The notes under the pieces are model-generated. The model ran no database searches, was not told the DNA's origin, and worked only from the letters and a program-made list of their open reading frames with translations. This document shows positions 47,244-56,839 of a stretch of DNA of 64,000 nucleotides, piece after piece. The first letter of the stretch is position 1. Each line of letters opens with the position of its first letter. The stretch comes from Kofleriaceae bacterium (lineage in GTDB: Bacteria > Myxococcota_A > Polyangia > Haliangiales > Haliangiaceae), in the NCBI GenBank assembly GCA_024762925.1, contig JANTGM010000010.1:1-64000 (forward strand), given 5' to 3'. Made by a program: the position numbers and the translations under genes.

Positions 47244-48431
47244 CTATTTCACCTCTTCTCGCGGGGCTGTTGTCAGTTGATGCCCCTGCAGTGCTGCAGC
47301 TAGTAGGATCTCCCCTGCTGCACTCCAGGTGCAACTTGGTGTCCCTCGGGGGGTATCTGAAGAGACCACATGGTATTCGAAGAACGCCGACTCATCGCCA
47401 GGACGCCTTCGCAAGTTGGCTTCTTGCATGCTGCGAAGAAGGCTTGCAGCCTCTTCGTGTTTTCCTTCTGCAACCAGAGCGAGTCCCCAGAACCCGTTGA
47501 CCATAGGCCACAAACCACCGTTGTGATACTCGCCCGGGTTGTTGCGAAAGCCATGCGCGCAAAGTGCCTGTAGATCGCTCCATAGAGGATCGCCCGCAAC
47601 AATTGGCGGCCAGAAAGCGGGGACCATGGTGTCTCCAAGACTTGCTGAAAGCCGAGTTCCATGCGTCAGACAGACATTCCGACTTTGGGTGTTTCCGAAT
47701 TTCAGCATCACGACGAGGGCGTTGGCCAGTGCATCAAAGACGCGCTGATATCCGCCGGGTGACAGCGCTGCCATCCAGTATCCAGGGGTTGGGTCTTGTT
47801 GCTGGAGGCGTTGATATGCCATGGGATGGTAGCTGTCGGCACCATCGTAGGTCGCATCAATCCAAAACGTGTGCTCTACGGTTGCTTGAATAGAGTCGCC
47901 TTGAACTTCCAACGTTGGATCGCTGAGAGTTGTGCTCGCTAAGCGTAGGGCCCATACACGAAGCGCTTGCTCGGTGAGCGTGTAGCCATGCAGTGGGTAT
48001 TCGTCGGCCCAGCACCCGCCCATCGGAACATTTACAAGACCTCGGGCATTGAGTTCCCACGCGTCGTACAGCTTGAGGCAACCGCGCATGGTTCGTTCGA
48101 AAAGGGCGCGGCGGTTGTCGTTGGGGCGAACCGTAAGGTAGTGGCAGGCGCCAACCACAAACCATGCGCCAGCGTCTACTCGCCCCGCTAGGCCGCCATA
48201 GCTTGGGGGGCCTTTGCCATCAGCTGCAACGTTGGAGGGCAATAGGCCATCACGCCCACAGTTCTCGGCCAGCGTTTGTAGGCTGGCCCCCATAGCGTCA
48301 ATCAGGTCAGGCTCCTGACTTGCGATGGCTGCCAAACCACAGACCATCGAATCACGTGCCCACACCCGTCGATAGTTGGTTCGCCAAGCAGCACTCGCGA
48401 GAAAGCCCGCAGGGCTCACTGCAGCTCTCAT
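47244..48431 (-). CDS. (alpha/alpha)6-barrel glycoside hydrolase-like protein (amylo-alpha-1,6-glucosidase / GH63-related)
   Basis: VWARDS motif with Trp/Gly-rich barrel helices (GAWFVVGACHYL, GGLWPMVNGFW). Start uncertain. Confidence 0.45.
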   Translation of the reverse strand: MRAAVSPAGFLASAAWRTNYRRVWARDSMVCGLAAIASQEPDLIDAMGASLQTLAENCGRDGLLPSNVAADGKGPPSYGGLAGRVDAGAWFVVGACHYLTVRPNDNRRALFERTMRGCLKLYDAWELNARGLVNVPMGGCWADEYPLHGYTLTEQALRVWALRLASTTLSDPTLEVQGDSIQATVEHTFWIDATYDGADSYHPMAYQRLQQQDPTPGYWMAALSPGGYQRVFDALANALVVMLKFGNTQSRNVCLTHGTRLSASLGDTMVPAFWPPIVAGDPLWSDLQALCAHGFRNNPGEYHNGGLWPMVNGFWGLALVAEGKHEEAASLLRSMQEANLRRRPGDESAFFEYHVVSSDTPRGTPSCTWSAAGEILLAAALQGHQLTTAPREEVK

Positions 48432-48475
48432 GCAAGCAATTGCCTGTTCGCAGGTTTCTGAGAGTACTTCTGACA

Positions 48476-50350
48476 CTAGGCGGAGGTGCTCGTGAGAGCC
48501 AAGGCACAGTTGATAATACCAACATGGGAATAGGTTTGCGGAAAGTTGCCCCAAAGGGCCCCGCTCTCGGGATCAATGTCTTCGCTGAGCAAGCCAACAT
48601 GATTGGCGTGCTCGAGGATGGCCGTCACGACCTCACGGCTCGTTTGATGGTCGCCAAGGCATGCCAACGCTTCCGCGTACCAGAAACCACAAACGGTAAA
48701 CGTGGCATGAGTTGCTCCCAGGCCATCGTCATGGCGGTATCGAAAGAGAAGGTGCCCTCGAACGGATAGGGCGCACGCGAGATGCTCCACGTGCGAGCGT
48801 GCCCGAGAATCGTCGGGTGCGAGGAAGCCCGTGGTCACCATCATGAAGAGCGATGCATCTGCATAGTGACCCAATGTCGAATCTGCGAAGAATCCCTCCT
48901 CTGCACGCCAGCACTCCTCTTCGAGGATCGACCGAGCGGCTTCACGCAGGCGCAGCGCTCGCTCGGCGAGTTGCTCATCAGAAAAACACCCAGCGATCTT
49001 CATCGCGGCATTACACCCGTGCCAGTGCATGAGTAGAGAAAACGTGTGTAGCGCGGGCTCCTGGCGTTTTTCCCAGAGCCCCGCGTCAGGTGCTCGAAGG
49101 TTTGATTCGATCGCATCGAGAAGGGCATAGCTCAGGTCCCGCACAACGAGACTTGGACCGCTCTCGCCCGAAGTGCCAACGACCAACTCCGCTGCCGCCA
49201 GTAGCTCCCCGTAGATGTCATGCTGGTCTTGCACGTAGGCCTGGTTGCCGACCCGAACTGGTTGCTCGCCTTGATACCCACTGAGCTTGGGCAAGCAGCG
49301 TTCCTCAAGTTCGACTTCTCCGCCAATTCCGTAGAGGGGCTGCAGGCGCTCGAGGCCGCCGACAAACTCAACAAAGTCTCGCGCCGCATCCCGATGCCCA
49401 AGACGAGCAAGTGCTTCGACCGTGAAATAGCTGTCTCGCGGCCAGCAGAAGCGATAGTCCCAGTTGCGACCGGAACCTGGGTGCTCGGGAACACTTGTTG
49501 TCGTCGCTGCGGTGACTGCGCCGGTGTCTTCAAACTGATGAAGCTTGAGGGTTATCATGGAGCGCACGACTGCATCGCGAAACTCGGTCGGCAGTGACGC
49601 TTCGCGAATCCACTCTTGCCAGTGAGAGATTGTCTTAGCGATGCTTCGCTCGGCTGCGTCCACAGATGCTACGGAGGCAGGGGCGCTGCCCCAGGTCAAG
49701 ACCACATACAGCGGTTCGGCAAGCGTGAAGAACTGCTCCCCTTGAATGGCTACAATCTGCCCGCTTGCAGCGAGTTCGATGCCCTGCTCGTGACCTTGCC
49801 AAGACAATCCCCCAGCGACTGCTGTGGCTTGTAGCTGTTGCTCTCCATCATGAGATACGGGGCTACAGCAAATGCGAATCGATGTGTGGCCCTTCGTTGG
49901 CACGATTCGGCGAACGATTTGACGTGGCCTGTAGGTGTTTTCTTGTTCGAGGTATCTCGGTGCAAGGTCAGTGATCTCGAAAGCCGTGTCACGGTCCCCC
50001 TTGGAGCGACAAAGGAACTCGGTCCGCAAGACCGCGCTGTTCTCGACGTATTCTTGGTGCGTCTCAACCTCGGCATTTGCAACGTCAATGTGAAACGAAC
50101 CGCCATGCTCTTCATCGAGGAGGTGGCCAAATACAAAGTCGGAATCGAAGCGCGGCCAGCACAGCCATCGAACCCGAGCCTTGGCATCGATTAGGGCTTG
50201 AAACGAGCCGTTCCCAATCAGTGCGAGATCCACGAGCCAAGTATGGCACTGAGGGCAACTGTCAGGCGACTCCACCTCTGCTTGCGTGGGGGCAAACACG
50301 AATCGTAGGTTCGCTTTGGCTCCGCTCCTCGCCTTGTGGCTTCGCAACAA
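48476..50350 (-). CDS. Glycoside hydrolase family 15 protein (glucoamylase / trehalase-like)
   Basis: GH15 signature RNWDYRFCWPRDSYF. An N-terminal beta-sandwich and a C-terminal (alpha/alpha)6 domain with conserved Glu/Trp residues follow. 624 aa. Confidence 0.75.
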   Translation of the reverse strand: MLRSHKARSGAKANLRFVFAPTQAEVESPDSCPQCHTWLVDLALIGNGSFQALIDAKARVRWLCWPRFDSDFVFGHLLDEEHGGSFHIDVANAEVETHQEYVENSAVLRTEFLCRSKGDRDTAFEITDLAPRYLEQENTYRPRQIVRRIVPTKGHTSIRICCSPVSHDGEQQLQATAVAGGLSWQGHEQGIELAASGQIVAIQGEQFFTLAEPLYVVLTWGSAPASVASVDAAERSIAKTISHWQEWIREASLPTEFRDAVVRSMITLKLHQFEDTGAVTAATTTSVPEHPGSGRNWDYRFCWPRDSYFTVEALARLGHRDAARDFVEFVGGLERLQPLYGIGGEVELEERCLPKLSGYQGEQPVRVGNQAYVQDQHDIYGELLAAAELVVGTSGESGPSLVVRDLSYALLDAIESNLRAPDAGLWEKRQEPALHTFSLLMHWHGCNAAMKIAGCFSDEQLAERALRLREAARSILEEECWRAEEGFFADSTLGHYADASLFMMVTTGFLAPDDSRARSHVEHLACALSVRGHLLFRYRHDDGLGATHATFTVCGFWYAEALACLGDHQTSREVVTAILEHANHVGLLSEDIDPESGALWGNFPQTYSHVGIINCALALTSTSA

Positions 50351-50530
50351 CTCGCCTTGTGGCTTCGCAACAATATGCTAGGAAGGATGGGTTTCTCAGA
50401 TGTATCTAGCCCTCGTTCCTCGTCCCGGGTGTTGCAAGTGACGCAACATTGTTTCGTCGCGTTGCAACGTTTTCTGCTGGTGGGACATCCACCGACCTCA
50501 GACAAATACTTAGATCCACAGCCCAATTTT

Positions 50531-51670
50531 ATGAAGGGCAATTGGCTCATTTATTGCGACTGTGGTGGCCCAATGCGCTCATCAAGGACTCCAAATCTCA
50601 TCGTTGGTCTCGTCGCAGCAATCCTCGCAGTGAACGTTGTGATCTTTTGGTTGCTCATTAAGAAGGACAAAAAGAAGGATTCGAACAGGGATTCCTTTGC
50701 CCTCGCAACCCCCAAAGCAACTCAGGCTGGATCCGCCTTCCCACCACTGCAAGTGGAGGGAGATATCGGAGATGCGGAGACTCAGGTGGATGACGCGGAA
50801 GAGCTAGCCGCAGACCCGGGCGACGTTGACCCGGAGGAGAACAGCGCTGAGGAGAACAGCGCTGAGGAGAATGGCGCTGAGGAGAATGGCGCTGAGGAGA
50901 ATGGCGCTGAGGAGAATACCGCCGAGGTCGAGCCAGAGGACGACGATGCCCAGAGCGAGGTTACAGAGACCGCACCTGTGACACGGCGGAGAAGCTCTCA
51001 CACCGTGCCAAAACGCAAGCGGCGCAGTTCCTCCTCACGTGCCAGCGAAAAGAATAGCGAAAGGCAAGTGGTCCCACCAGTGCCGGTGCCAATGCCCAAG
51101 CCAGCCCCTGCAACAACATCTCTCGACGTCACCACCGTTCCTAGCGGAGCCACGATTTCCCTCGATGGAATCTTCATTGGGAAAACCCCAATCCGTGGTG
51201 CAAAGGTCGCCTTTGGTCGTCACACTGTTGCGGCAAGTCACGCGGGTTTTGAGCCTCAAGTGACGAAGTTCAATGCAACGCAAGGTGAGCGAGAGCGTGT
51301 GCAACTGCGTCTGGAAAAAGTCGAGTTGGTCGACCAACAGGTTGCCGTGAAACGCACGCCGACAATGCCAAAGGTGCAACGACGCCCAGCCACTCCTCGA
51401 GTTCTGGCCTCCGTCGAAGGCAGCGCCAGCCGCGGCCGATCAGCCATTCGCTCGACCTGCAACTCCTGCCATGCCGAGCGAGGTGCCTCAAGCGTGAGCA
51501 CCAAGCGATACACCCGCTCGCAATGGGATCGCTTTTTTGCAAAGGGGAAACACGATCGCTATGAGCGACTAGGTGGGCGCGTGAATGCCCGGCAGCTGTC
51601 TGATGTGAAGGCCTACGTCAAATCGAAATCCGCCGATGCCGCCCGTAACCAAGGCGCAGGGATTCGCTAG
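50531..51670 (+). CDS. Membrane-anchored PEGA-domain protein with an acidic (AEENx)6 tandem repeat and a C-terminal CxxCH heme-binding-like motif
   Basis: TM anchor LIVGLVAAILAVNVVIFWLLI. The repeat is EENSAEENSAEENGAEENGAEENGAEENTAE. The PEGA-like block is VTTVPSGATISLDGIFIGKTPI. CNSCHAERG is present near the C-terminus. The start (50531 or 50573) is uncertain. Confidence 0.5.
   Translation: MKGNWLIYCDCGGPMRSSRTPNLIVGLVAAILAVNVVIFWLLIKKDKKKDSNRDSFALATPKATQAGSAFPPLQVEGDIGDAETQVDDAEELAADPGDVDPEENSAEENSAEENGAEENGAEENGAEENTAEVEPEDDDAQSEVTETAPVTRRRSSHTVPKRKRRSSSSRASEKNSERQVVPPVPVPMPKPAPATTSLDVTTVPSGATISLDGIFIGKTPIRGAKVAFGRHTVAASHAGFEPQVTKFNATQGERERVQLRLEKVELVDQQVAVKRTPTMPKVQRRPATPRVLASVEGSASRGRSAIRSTCNSCHAERGASSVSTKRYTRSQWDRFFAKGKHDRYERLGGRVNARQLSDVKAYVKSKSADAARNQGAGIR
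50833..50925. repeat. 15-bp in-frame tandem repeat (gctgaggagaa[c/t][a/g]gc)x6
   Basis: Read directly inside CDS 50531-51670. Confidence 0.85.
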
Positions 51671-52125
51671 CGCTTGATTGCTAGCTCCTGCCAAACGGGC
51701 TTTGGGGGGCATTCAATACCAGCCGCGGCCAGTCTATCCCGCGCCCAAGTCTCTGCAAGGCTACCAGCAGAAAAACTCTTGCGCGGCCAGTGCGCCGGCG
51801 AAATCCAGTCGTAGACCGTGAGGGCCCCACGCATGATGGGGTTGAGAGTTACTCGCACAGAGCAAACGACGACTTCGCGAAACCAGGCATCGTGTTCCTT
51901 CATTAGAAGTGCAGCCTCTTGCCGTCCTTTTGATGACAACGAAGAGGCGCCAACTGAACGCATGTCCATAATCACGCCGTAGTGGATCTTGCTTGGATTT
52001 CGTGCCATTGAATCAAGCACCGCCTCTCGGTAGTCACGAATATCCGCTTGTTGCGGATACCGCATGATCCACAAGTGCGAATTTGTCGAGTCGATTTCAA
52101 TTGCTCCCAACGTCTTTTCCTCCAA
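51667..52125 (-). CDS. Hypothetical 152-aa protein
   Basis: Coherent ORF overlapping the convergent neighbour's stop by 4 nt; no motif recognised. Confidence 0.35.
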   Translation of the reverse strand: MEEKTLGAIEIDSTNSHLWIMRYPQQADIRDYREAVLDSMARNPSKIHYGVIMDMRSVGASSLSSKGRQEAALLMKEHDAWFREVVVCSVRVTLNPIMRGALTVYDWISPAHWPRKSFSAGSLAETWARDRLAAAGIECPPKPVWQELAIKR

Positions 52126-52421
52126 GCCTTGCCATTTGCAAGTCTCATGCGCGCTTCTCTTACCCGCCCCTCGCCGCTAACACTGGCAATGGCCGTGCAA
52201 AAGGCAGCCTCTTGCTCGTCGTCTAACGCTCCCTCCATGCGAGCCACACAGTTCTCAATACTCTCAATACTGTCCAAGATTTGCGTCTCATCCAAACCCT
52301 CGTACATTAGGGCGCTACACCGAAAACGGGCACAGTCCCTCGGGCTACGATGCCATCATCGACGGGCTACGATGCCATCGACGATAGTTGCTCCGATGAT
52401 CGAGATGTGCGGCGTTGCGTA

Positions 52422-53285
52422 CTAGCTCGCGCTCAGTAGGCTCGGGCACTGGTCGGTGAGTGCGGCGACCACGGCCTTATGTAGATCCGTGTAGAACGGC
52501 TGCCGATGGTAGTAGAGCAAGACCGGCACCTTCATACTCTTGTGCTCCGGGACCATCTCAACGCCCGGGTGCTTCTCCACCAGGTGCCTGGAAACCACCG
52601 CTTTGCCCAGTCCCATCGCCGCTGCATCGATGATGGCGTAGATCTCATCCATGAAGGCGCGCTTGTAGCTTGGTACAGGTCTGGCTTGATGGGAGAGGAA
52701 CTGCTGGGTGATTCGGTCTTCAGGATCGTGGTCGAGATACACCTCGCGCTCGGGTGGGTTCTCTTTGCTCTGCACAAGCACATACTCCTCGCTACCCAGC
52801 TGTACGCATTCAAGGTCGTGTCGGTGAAATTCTGAGTCGGAGACAACGAAGTCCACCATGCCTGTGAGTAGCATGTCGCGAAGGTTGCGAATCTCTGCGT
52901 TCTGAAAGTGCGGCTGGATGTTTGGGTGATCCATCAAGAGCGGGCGAATCGCCGGCATCAAGATCGATCGCACAATTGATGAGTAGCCAGCGATGCGCAG
53001 ATGACCACCAAGGCCATCCTGTTTGTTCCCTGTCATCTCTTCAATGAGCTCTTCCTCGAGCGAATTGCGCGCTTGGCAGTATCGCAGCAGACGTTCGCCG
53101 GCTTCTGTTAGTTGCACCCCTCGAGGCATACGCACAAAGAGGGTCAAGTTGATGTCTTCTTCGAGCGCCTTGATGCGCTGGCTGAGTGCGGATTGTGTGA
53201 TGTGCAGTTCTCGAGCAGCTTGCGAGAAGTTGAGCGATTGCGCGGCCGCGAAAAACGCATCGAGGTGGAGCGATGAGAGGCTCAT
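52422..53285 (-). CDS. LysR-family transcriptional regulator
   Basis: The HTH MSLSSLHLDAFFAAAQSLNFSQAARELHITQSALSQRIKALE lies at the ATG at 53283-53285. The ORF-track upstream extension to 53765 is not supported. Confidence 0.8.
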   Translation of the reverse strand: MSLSSLHLDAFFAAAQSLNFSQAARELHITQSALSQRIKALEEDINLTLFVRMPRGVQLTEAGERLLRYCQARNSLEEELIEEMTGNKQDGLGGHLRIAGYSSIVRSILMPAIRPLLMDHPNIQPHFQNAEIRNLRDMLLTGMVDFVVSDSEFHRHDLECVQLGSEEYVLVQSKENPPEREVYLDHDPEDRITQQFLSHQARPVPSYKRAFMDEIYAIIDAAAMGLGKAVVSRHLVEKHPGVEMVPEHKSMKVPVLLYYHRQPFYTDLHKAVVAALTDQCPSLLSAS

Positions 53286-53351
53286 GGAGCGAAGTATGCC
53301 GGCTTTCTCTACCTTGTGTGAAAGGTTGGGCTCGATTCCCAGCTTCCATGC

Positions 53352-54659
53352 ATGTGCCTGACCCATCTTCTTGCCTTCGATCCGCAAATTCAGCAACATG
53401 GACGGGCCTTGACCACGATGGATCTGCATGGCTTGCTCGGTTTCCGGCTTTCCCTCCACTTCGCGTTGGTGGGATGGAGTTCGCTCGACGTTCTCCCACT
53501 TGCCGATGAGGTGTTGAGCCTTCGCTGTGAGGGAGAGCGCATCCGGCGAGTTCGAGAGGGCGATGTCGTTTGGCAGAATGTTGGCCCCAGACATAATCTC
53601 TCGATTGCATCTGCACACGGGTTTGATTCCGTGTTGCATGCCCACGACTTTTTCGAAGCCCAAGTTAAGGCTCTTGCCGAGCAAGCGGCCCGAGTGGAGG
53701 GAAAACTCATGCCAGGCGGCATGCATCCGTGGTTTTGCGCTGACCGCGTTGAACGCTGGCCACACGAAGATGCTGCGCAGGACTCAGCGATGCACAAGCT
53801 TTTTGGAGTGGGGCGCCACGGATGGGCGAATCAACAAGGGCTCGATTTGGCGCTGCCGTTTTCAAGCGAGGCGGAGTTCAAGTTGCTCTACGCTGCTTTG
53901 CGATTCTTGCAGCCCTTGCTGCCGGCTCTAAGTTCCGCCTCTCCGATAGCGGAGGGGGCAATCGGTCCTGCGCGACAATGCCGAGTTGCGGCCCGCCACG
54001 ATCTCGTTTGCAGTCATCCCGACTTCGCGCGAACCAGCGTTCAGCGCCACGTTCCGCCCGCCCTTGATTCTCTTGCAGCGTTCGATAGCTTGGTGGCCCA
54101 GCCATTACATGTGGCTCTTCGGAGACACGGTTTGAGTGACGCGCTAACGCCAAGGCAGGTGAGCGCTGGTGGCTTGTGGGCAGAACGCACCCAAGAGCAT
54201 CTTGCGATTCGAATGCTGGACGGTCAGGAGTGCGTCTCTGCGAACCTAGCCGTGGTGGCTGCCGTGCAAGCGCTCGTGCATCAGCTCTCGTTTGATAGCC
54301 CAGTGGCGACCGCAGAACTCGACGTCTGGCCCGCAGCGCGCCTAGATGAACTTGTCCAAAACTCCATCACCCATGGTGAATCGGCCATTGTGCGTGATGC
54401 CGATTACCTTCGCGCTTGGGGATTTCCTGAGGGAAATCGGTGCCGCGCTCAGGAACTCTTGCAGTTTCTGTGGGAAGACAAACTGGCGGCGCGTTTTGAT
54501 AGAGCCCTGGCACCGTTTCTAGAAACCATTGTTATGCAAGGGTCGCTTGCAAGTCGGATTCTCAAAGCGCTGCCTCCTCAATGGAATGCTGAGGCGTTGT
54601 TCATCGTGTATCGCAATGTAGTCAAGAGCCTGGCCGAGAACGTCTCGTTCCGCGGCTAA
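53352..54659 (+). CDS. Putative carboxylate-amine ligase (glutamate-cysteine ligase family 2, YbdK-like), divergent from the LysR gene
   Basis: ALSSASPIAEG aligns with the YbdK/GCS2 signature ALSAASPYMQG, and FGVGRHGWANQQGLDLALPF aligns with FGQHVHVGCASGDDAIYLL, both at matching distance. The N-terminal 140 aa lack the expected acidic motif, so a frameshift or divergence cannot be excluded. Confidence 0.35.
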   Translation: MCLTHLLAFDPQIQQHGRALTTMDLHGLLGFRLSLHFALVGWSSLDVLPLADEVLSLRCEGERIRRVREGDVVWQNVGPRHNLSIASAHGFDSVLHAHDFFEAQVKALAEQAARVEGKLMPGGMHPWFCADRVERWPHEDAAQDSAMHKLFGVGRHGWANQQGLDLALPFSSEAEFKLLYAALRFLQPLLPALSSASPIAEGAIGPARQCRVAARHDLVCSHPDFARTSVQRHVPPALDSLAAFDSLVAQPLHVALRRHGLSDALTPRQVSAGGLWAERTQEHLAIRMLDGQECVSANLAVVAAVQALVHQLSFDSPVATAELDVWPAARLDELVQNSITHGESAIVRDADYLRAWGFPEGNRCRAQELLQFLWEDKLAARFDRALAPFLETIVMQGSLASRILKALPPQWNAEALFIVYRNVVKSLAENVSFRG

Positions 54660-54672
54660 CGGGCTCTGGTGT

Positions 54673-55449
54673 ATGATGCAGCCTGTGACCGCACTTGCCT
54701 CTTGTCGTGTTCTGGCGCTCATTTGTCTCGCTAGCGCATCCGTTGCATGTGTGGTCGACGTCAACCATGCAGAGCGGCAATACTCGTGCGAAGAAGATGG
54801 GATCTGCCCAACAGGGTTCTCGTGCGTTAGTGGCCTTTGTGAGTCAGAAGTAGACGATGGAGGCGTTGTCGCTGATGCGACGAGAAACGATGGCGCCACA
54901 TCACCAGATGCCAGTGCGGCACTCTCTCTTCAGATTTCTTCTAGTGACGGGGATGCCGAAGAAGACGTTGCGACTGGAGTCGTTGTCCTTGGTAGTAGTG
55001 ACCTTGAAATGGTGCAAGCTGCCGTGGGTGAGCAAATCGTCGCCCTGCGATTTCCAACTCTCGACATTGGCAATGGCGAGCCAGTTGCCTCCGCCTACAT
55101 CCAATTTTCCGTCGATGAAGTGAATGGCACTATGACCACCTTGAATGTGCGCACCGAAGCGACGGCATCACCGGCTGCACTAGAGGGAGAAATCGCAAAT
55201 CTCTCCGGCCGAACGCCTTCCAATCGAGAAGTGAATTGGAGTGTTGCTCCATGGGATACGGTAGGTGCTGCGGGCGCCGATCAGGCAACTCCCGATTTGG
55301 CGCCGCTCATTCGCGAACGCGTGAATGATCCTGAATGGCGGCGCGGCAACTCCATGGTGTTTCTCTTTACTGGCAGTGGCGAACGAGTCGCAGTCGCTTT
55401 CGATGGTGACCCGATGGCGGCGGCTCAGCTCATCGTTGAGCTTGAGTAG
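54673..55449 (+). CDS. Secreted protein of unknown function (paralog of 18203-18934)
   Basis: Signal peptide ALASCRVLALICLASASVAC. The shared blocks ALRFP, YIQFSVD, TPDLAPLIRERVNDPEWRRGNSMVFLFTGSGER align with the 18203 ORF. Confidence 0.55.
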   Translation: MMQPVTALASCRVLALICLASASVACVVDVNHAERQYSCEEDGICPTGFSCVSGLCESEVDDGGVVADATRNDGATSPDASAALSLQISSSDGDAEEDVATGVVVLGSSDLEMVQAAVGEQIVALRFPTLDIGNGEPVASAYIQFSVDEVNGTMTTLNVRTEATASPAALEGEIANLSGRTPSNREVNWSVAPWDTVGAAGADQATPDLAPLIRERVNDPEWRRGNSMVFLFTGSGERVAVAFDGDPMAAAQLIVELE

Positions 55450-55455
55450 CGGGTC

Positions 55456-56331
55456 TTGGGCTTCACACTCACCAACCCTGTATTCTTGGCGGGAAAGTCA
55501 GCGGCTGCCTGCGCAATTGCCTTGCTCCTCGTCGAAGCGCTCGGTATTCCCGATCTTGTGACAGCGAGCTTTGTTGCTGTGTTGTGTTGCTCTCCTGGCG
55601 CCCTAATGGGGCTCCGAACCAGTGCTGACCAACTGGCAGGCAGTGTGCTCGGTGGAATTTTTGGCACGCTTGGGGCTATGCTCGAACTACCGCCGGCGCT
55701 CGGCGTCGGGCTTGCCGTTGGCCTCGCCATCTTGTGCACGCACCGAATTGGGTTTCACCGGGGAACGGTGGCCGCTGCTTTCACTGCACTCTTTCTGCAA
55801 TTGGTTTCCTTTGGGGAGCCTCTGCAGACCTTTGGGTATCGGCTTGAGGCCGTGGGCATTGCAGGGCTCTCCGCCTTTGTCGTCAACGTTGCAGCCTCCT
55901 CGCTCTTTTACGTCCCTCTCTTCAGTAAGCGCCTCCGTCGGCTCACAGAGCACATCGACGACTTGCTTCGCAAGGCAGCCGGAGAAGGCCCTTCGGGCTT
56001 GGTCGTGGCCTTTCCGCACATCACCGAGCTGAGTGCTCAGGTTTCGCAAGCCGCCAAAGAGGTGCATTGGCGCGGTAACAAGACGGCGAAAGCGGAGCTC
56101 GAAAAAATCGCAAACCGCGTCGCTTGGCTCCAAGACATTGTGCATCTCTCGGTGAATCTGGAATACAGTCTGCCAGGCGACAGCCCGGAACTAAGAGAAT
56201 TTCTGGCATGGCTGCCCGAGCAAGAGGGCCAAGCACCAGAGCTGCCCGAGCCCGCCCAGCAAACCCGCACAAGAATCCTGGAACTGCTTGAGGCGGGGCG
56301 AGATGGTGACGTCCGCGACCTTATGGCCTAG
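55456..56331 (+). CDS. Membrane protein, aromatic-acid-exporter/FUSC-like
   Basis: Four to five TM helices at the N-terminus, with a C-terminal cytoplasmic coiled region. It lies 7 nt after the secreted paralog, so an operon is likely. Confidence 0.4.
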   Translation: MGFTLTNPVFLAGKSAAACAIALLLVEALGIPDLVTASFVAVLCCSPGALMGLRTSADQLAGSVLGGIFGTLGAMLELPPALGVGLAVGLAILCTHRIGFHRGTVAAAFTALFLQLVSFGEPLQTFGYRLEAVGIAGLSAFVVNVAASSLFYVPLFSKRLRRLTEHIDDLLRKAAGEGPSGLVVAFPHITELSAQVSQAAKEVHWRGNKTAKAELEKIANRVAWLQDIVHLSVNLEYSLPGDSPELREFLAWLPEQEGQAPELPEPAQQTRTRILELLEAGRDGDVRDLMA

Positions 56332-56399
56332 CTCGTAGTGCCAGACTATCGATCAGGTTCGCGAGGCTGAGCAACCCCGCTCGGCTGATTCTTCGGCCG

Positions 56400-56786
56400 T
56401 TAGCCTCGGCGAACGGCAACGCGGCCGCTTCTTAGTGCGAACGCGAGGGCCATTAACAGTAACCCAAATCCCAAACCGCTACCTCCACCCGTACTGCAAC
56501 CTTTAGAAGACTTCTTCTTGCCGCTATCATCGGCGGCGGCGTTGGGGGCTTCAGGGTTTTTCTTATAGTAGCAGCTCCTGCAACTCGTGCGCGATTCATG
56601 AATATAGAACGCGTGCAGGCGTGTGAGGACCATGCCGCCCGTGCCGCTCAAGACGTCTCCGCCGAGAGTAGCTAGGTCCTGGTAGTCCAACGTCGGTCCG
56701 GGGCTGAGAGTGTGCCCAAGGATAGCTTCCGTTACCCAGCCAGGATAGAAATCGGCGCCCCAACTCGCGAAATTGTCATAGGGCAT
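56400..56786 (-). pseudogene. Remnant of a MYXO-CTERM-anchored protein gene disrupted by a repeat-element fragment (56570-56625)
   Basis: The C-terminus GCSTGGGSGLGFGLLLMALAFALRSGRVAVRRG fits the MYXO-CTERM sorting signal (Cys, Gly-rich stretch, hydrophobic helix, basic tail). There is no signal peptide. The middle (HAFYIHESRTS) is encoded by the MITE left-end sequence cgtgcgcgattcatgaatatagaacgcg. Confidence 0.5.
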
Positions 56787-56839
56787 GCCTCGCTCCGGCC
56801 CTGCAAAACCGAAGCGAGGCTCACTAAAGAGCGTTGGTG

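Noticed and set aside
53286-53765. 160-aa upstream extension of the LysR ORF, and ORF 53390-53797 (-)
   Set aside because: The LysR helix-turn-helix sits right at the internal ATG at 53285, as in all LysR proteins. The extension overlaps the divergent GCS2-like gene.
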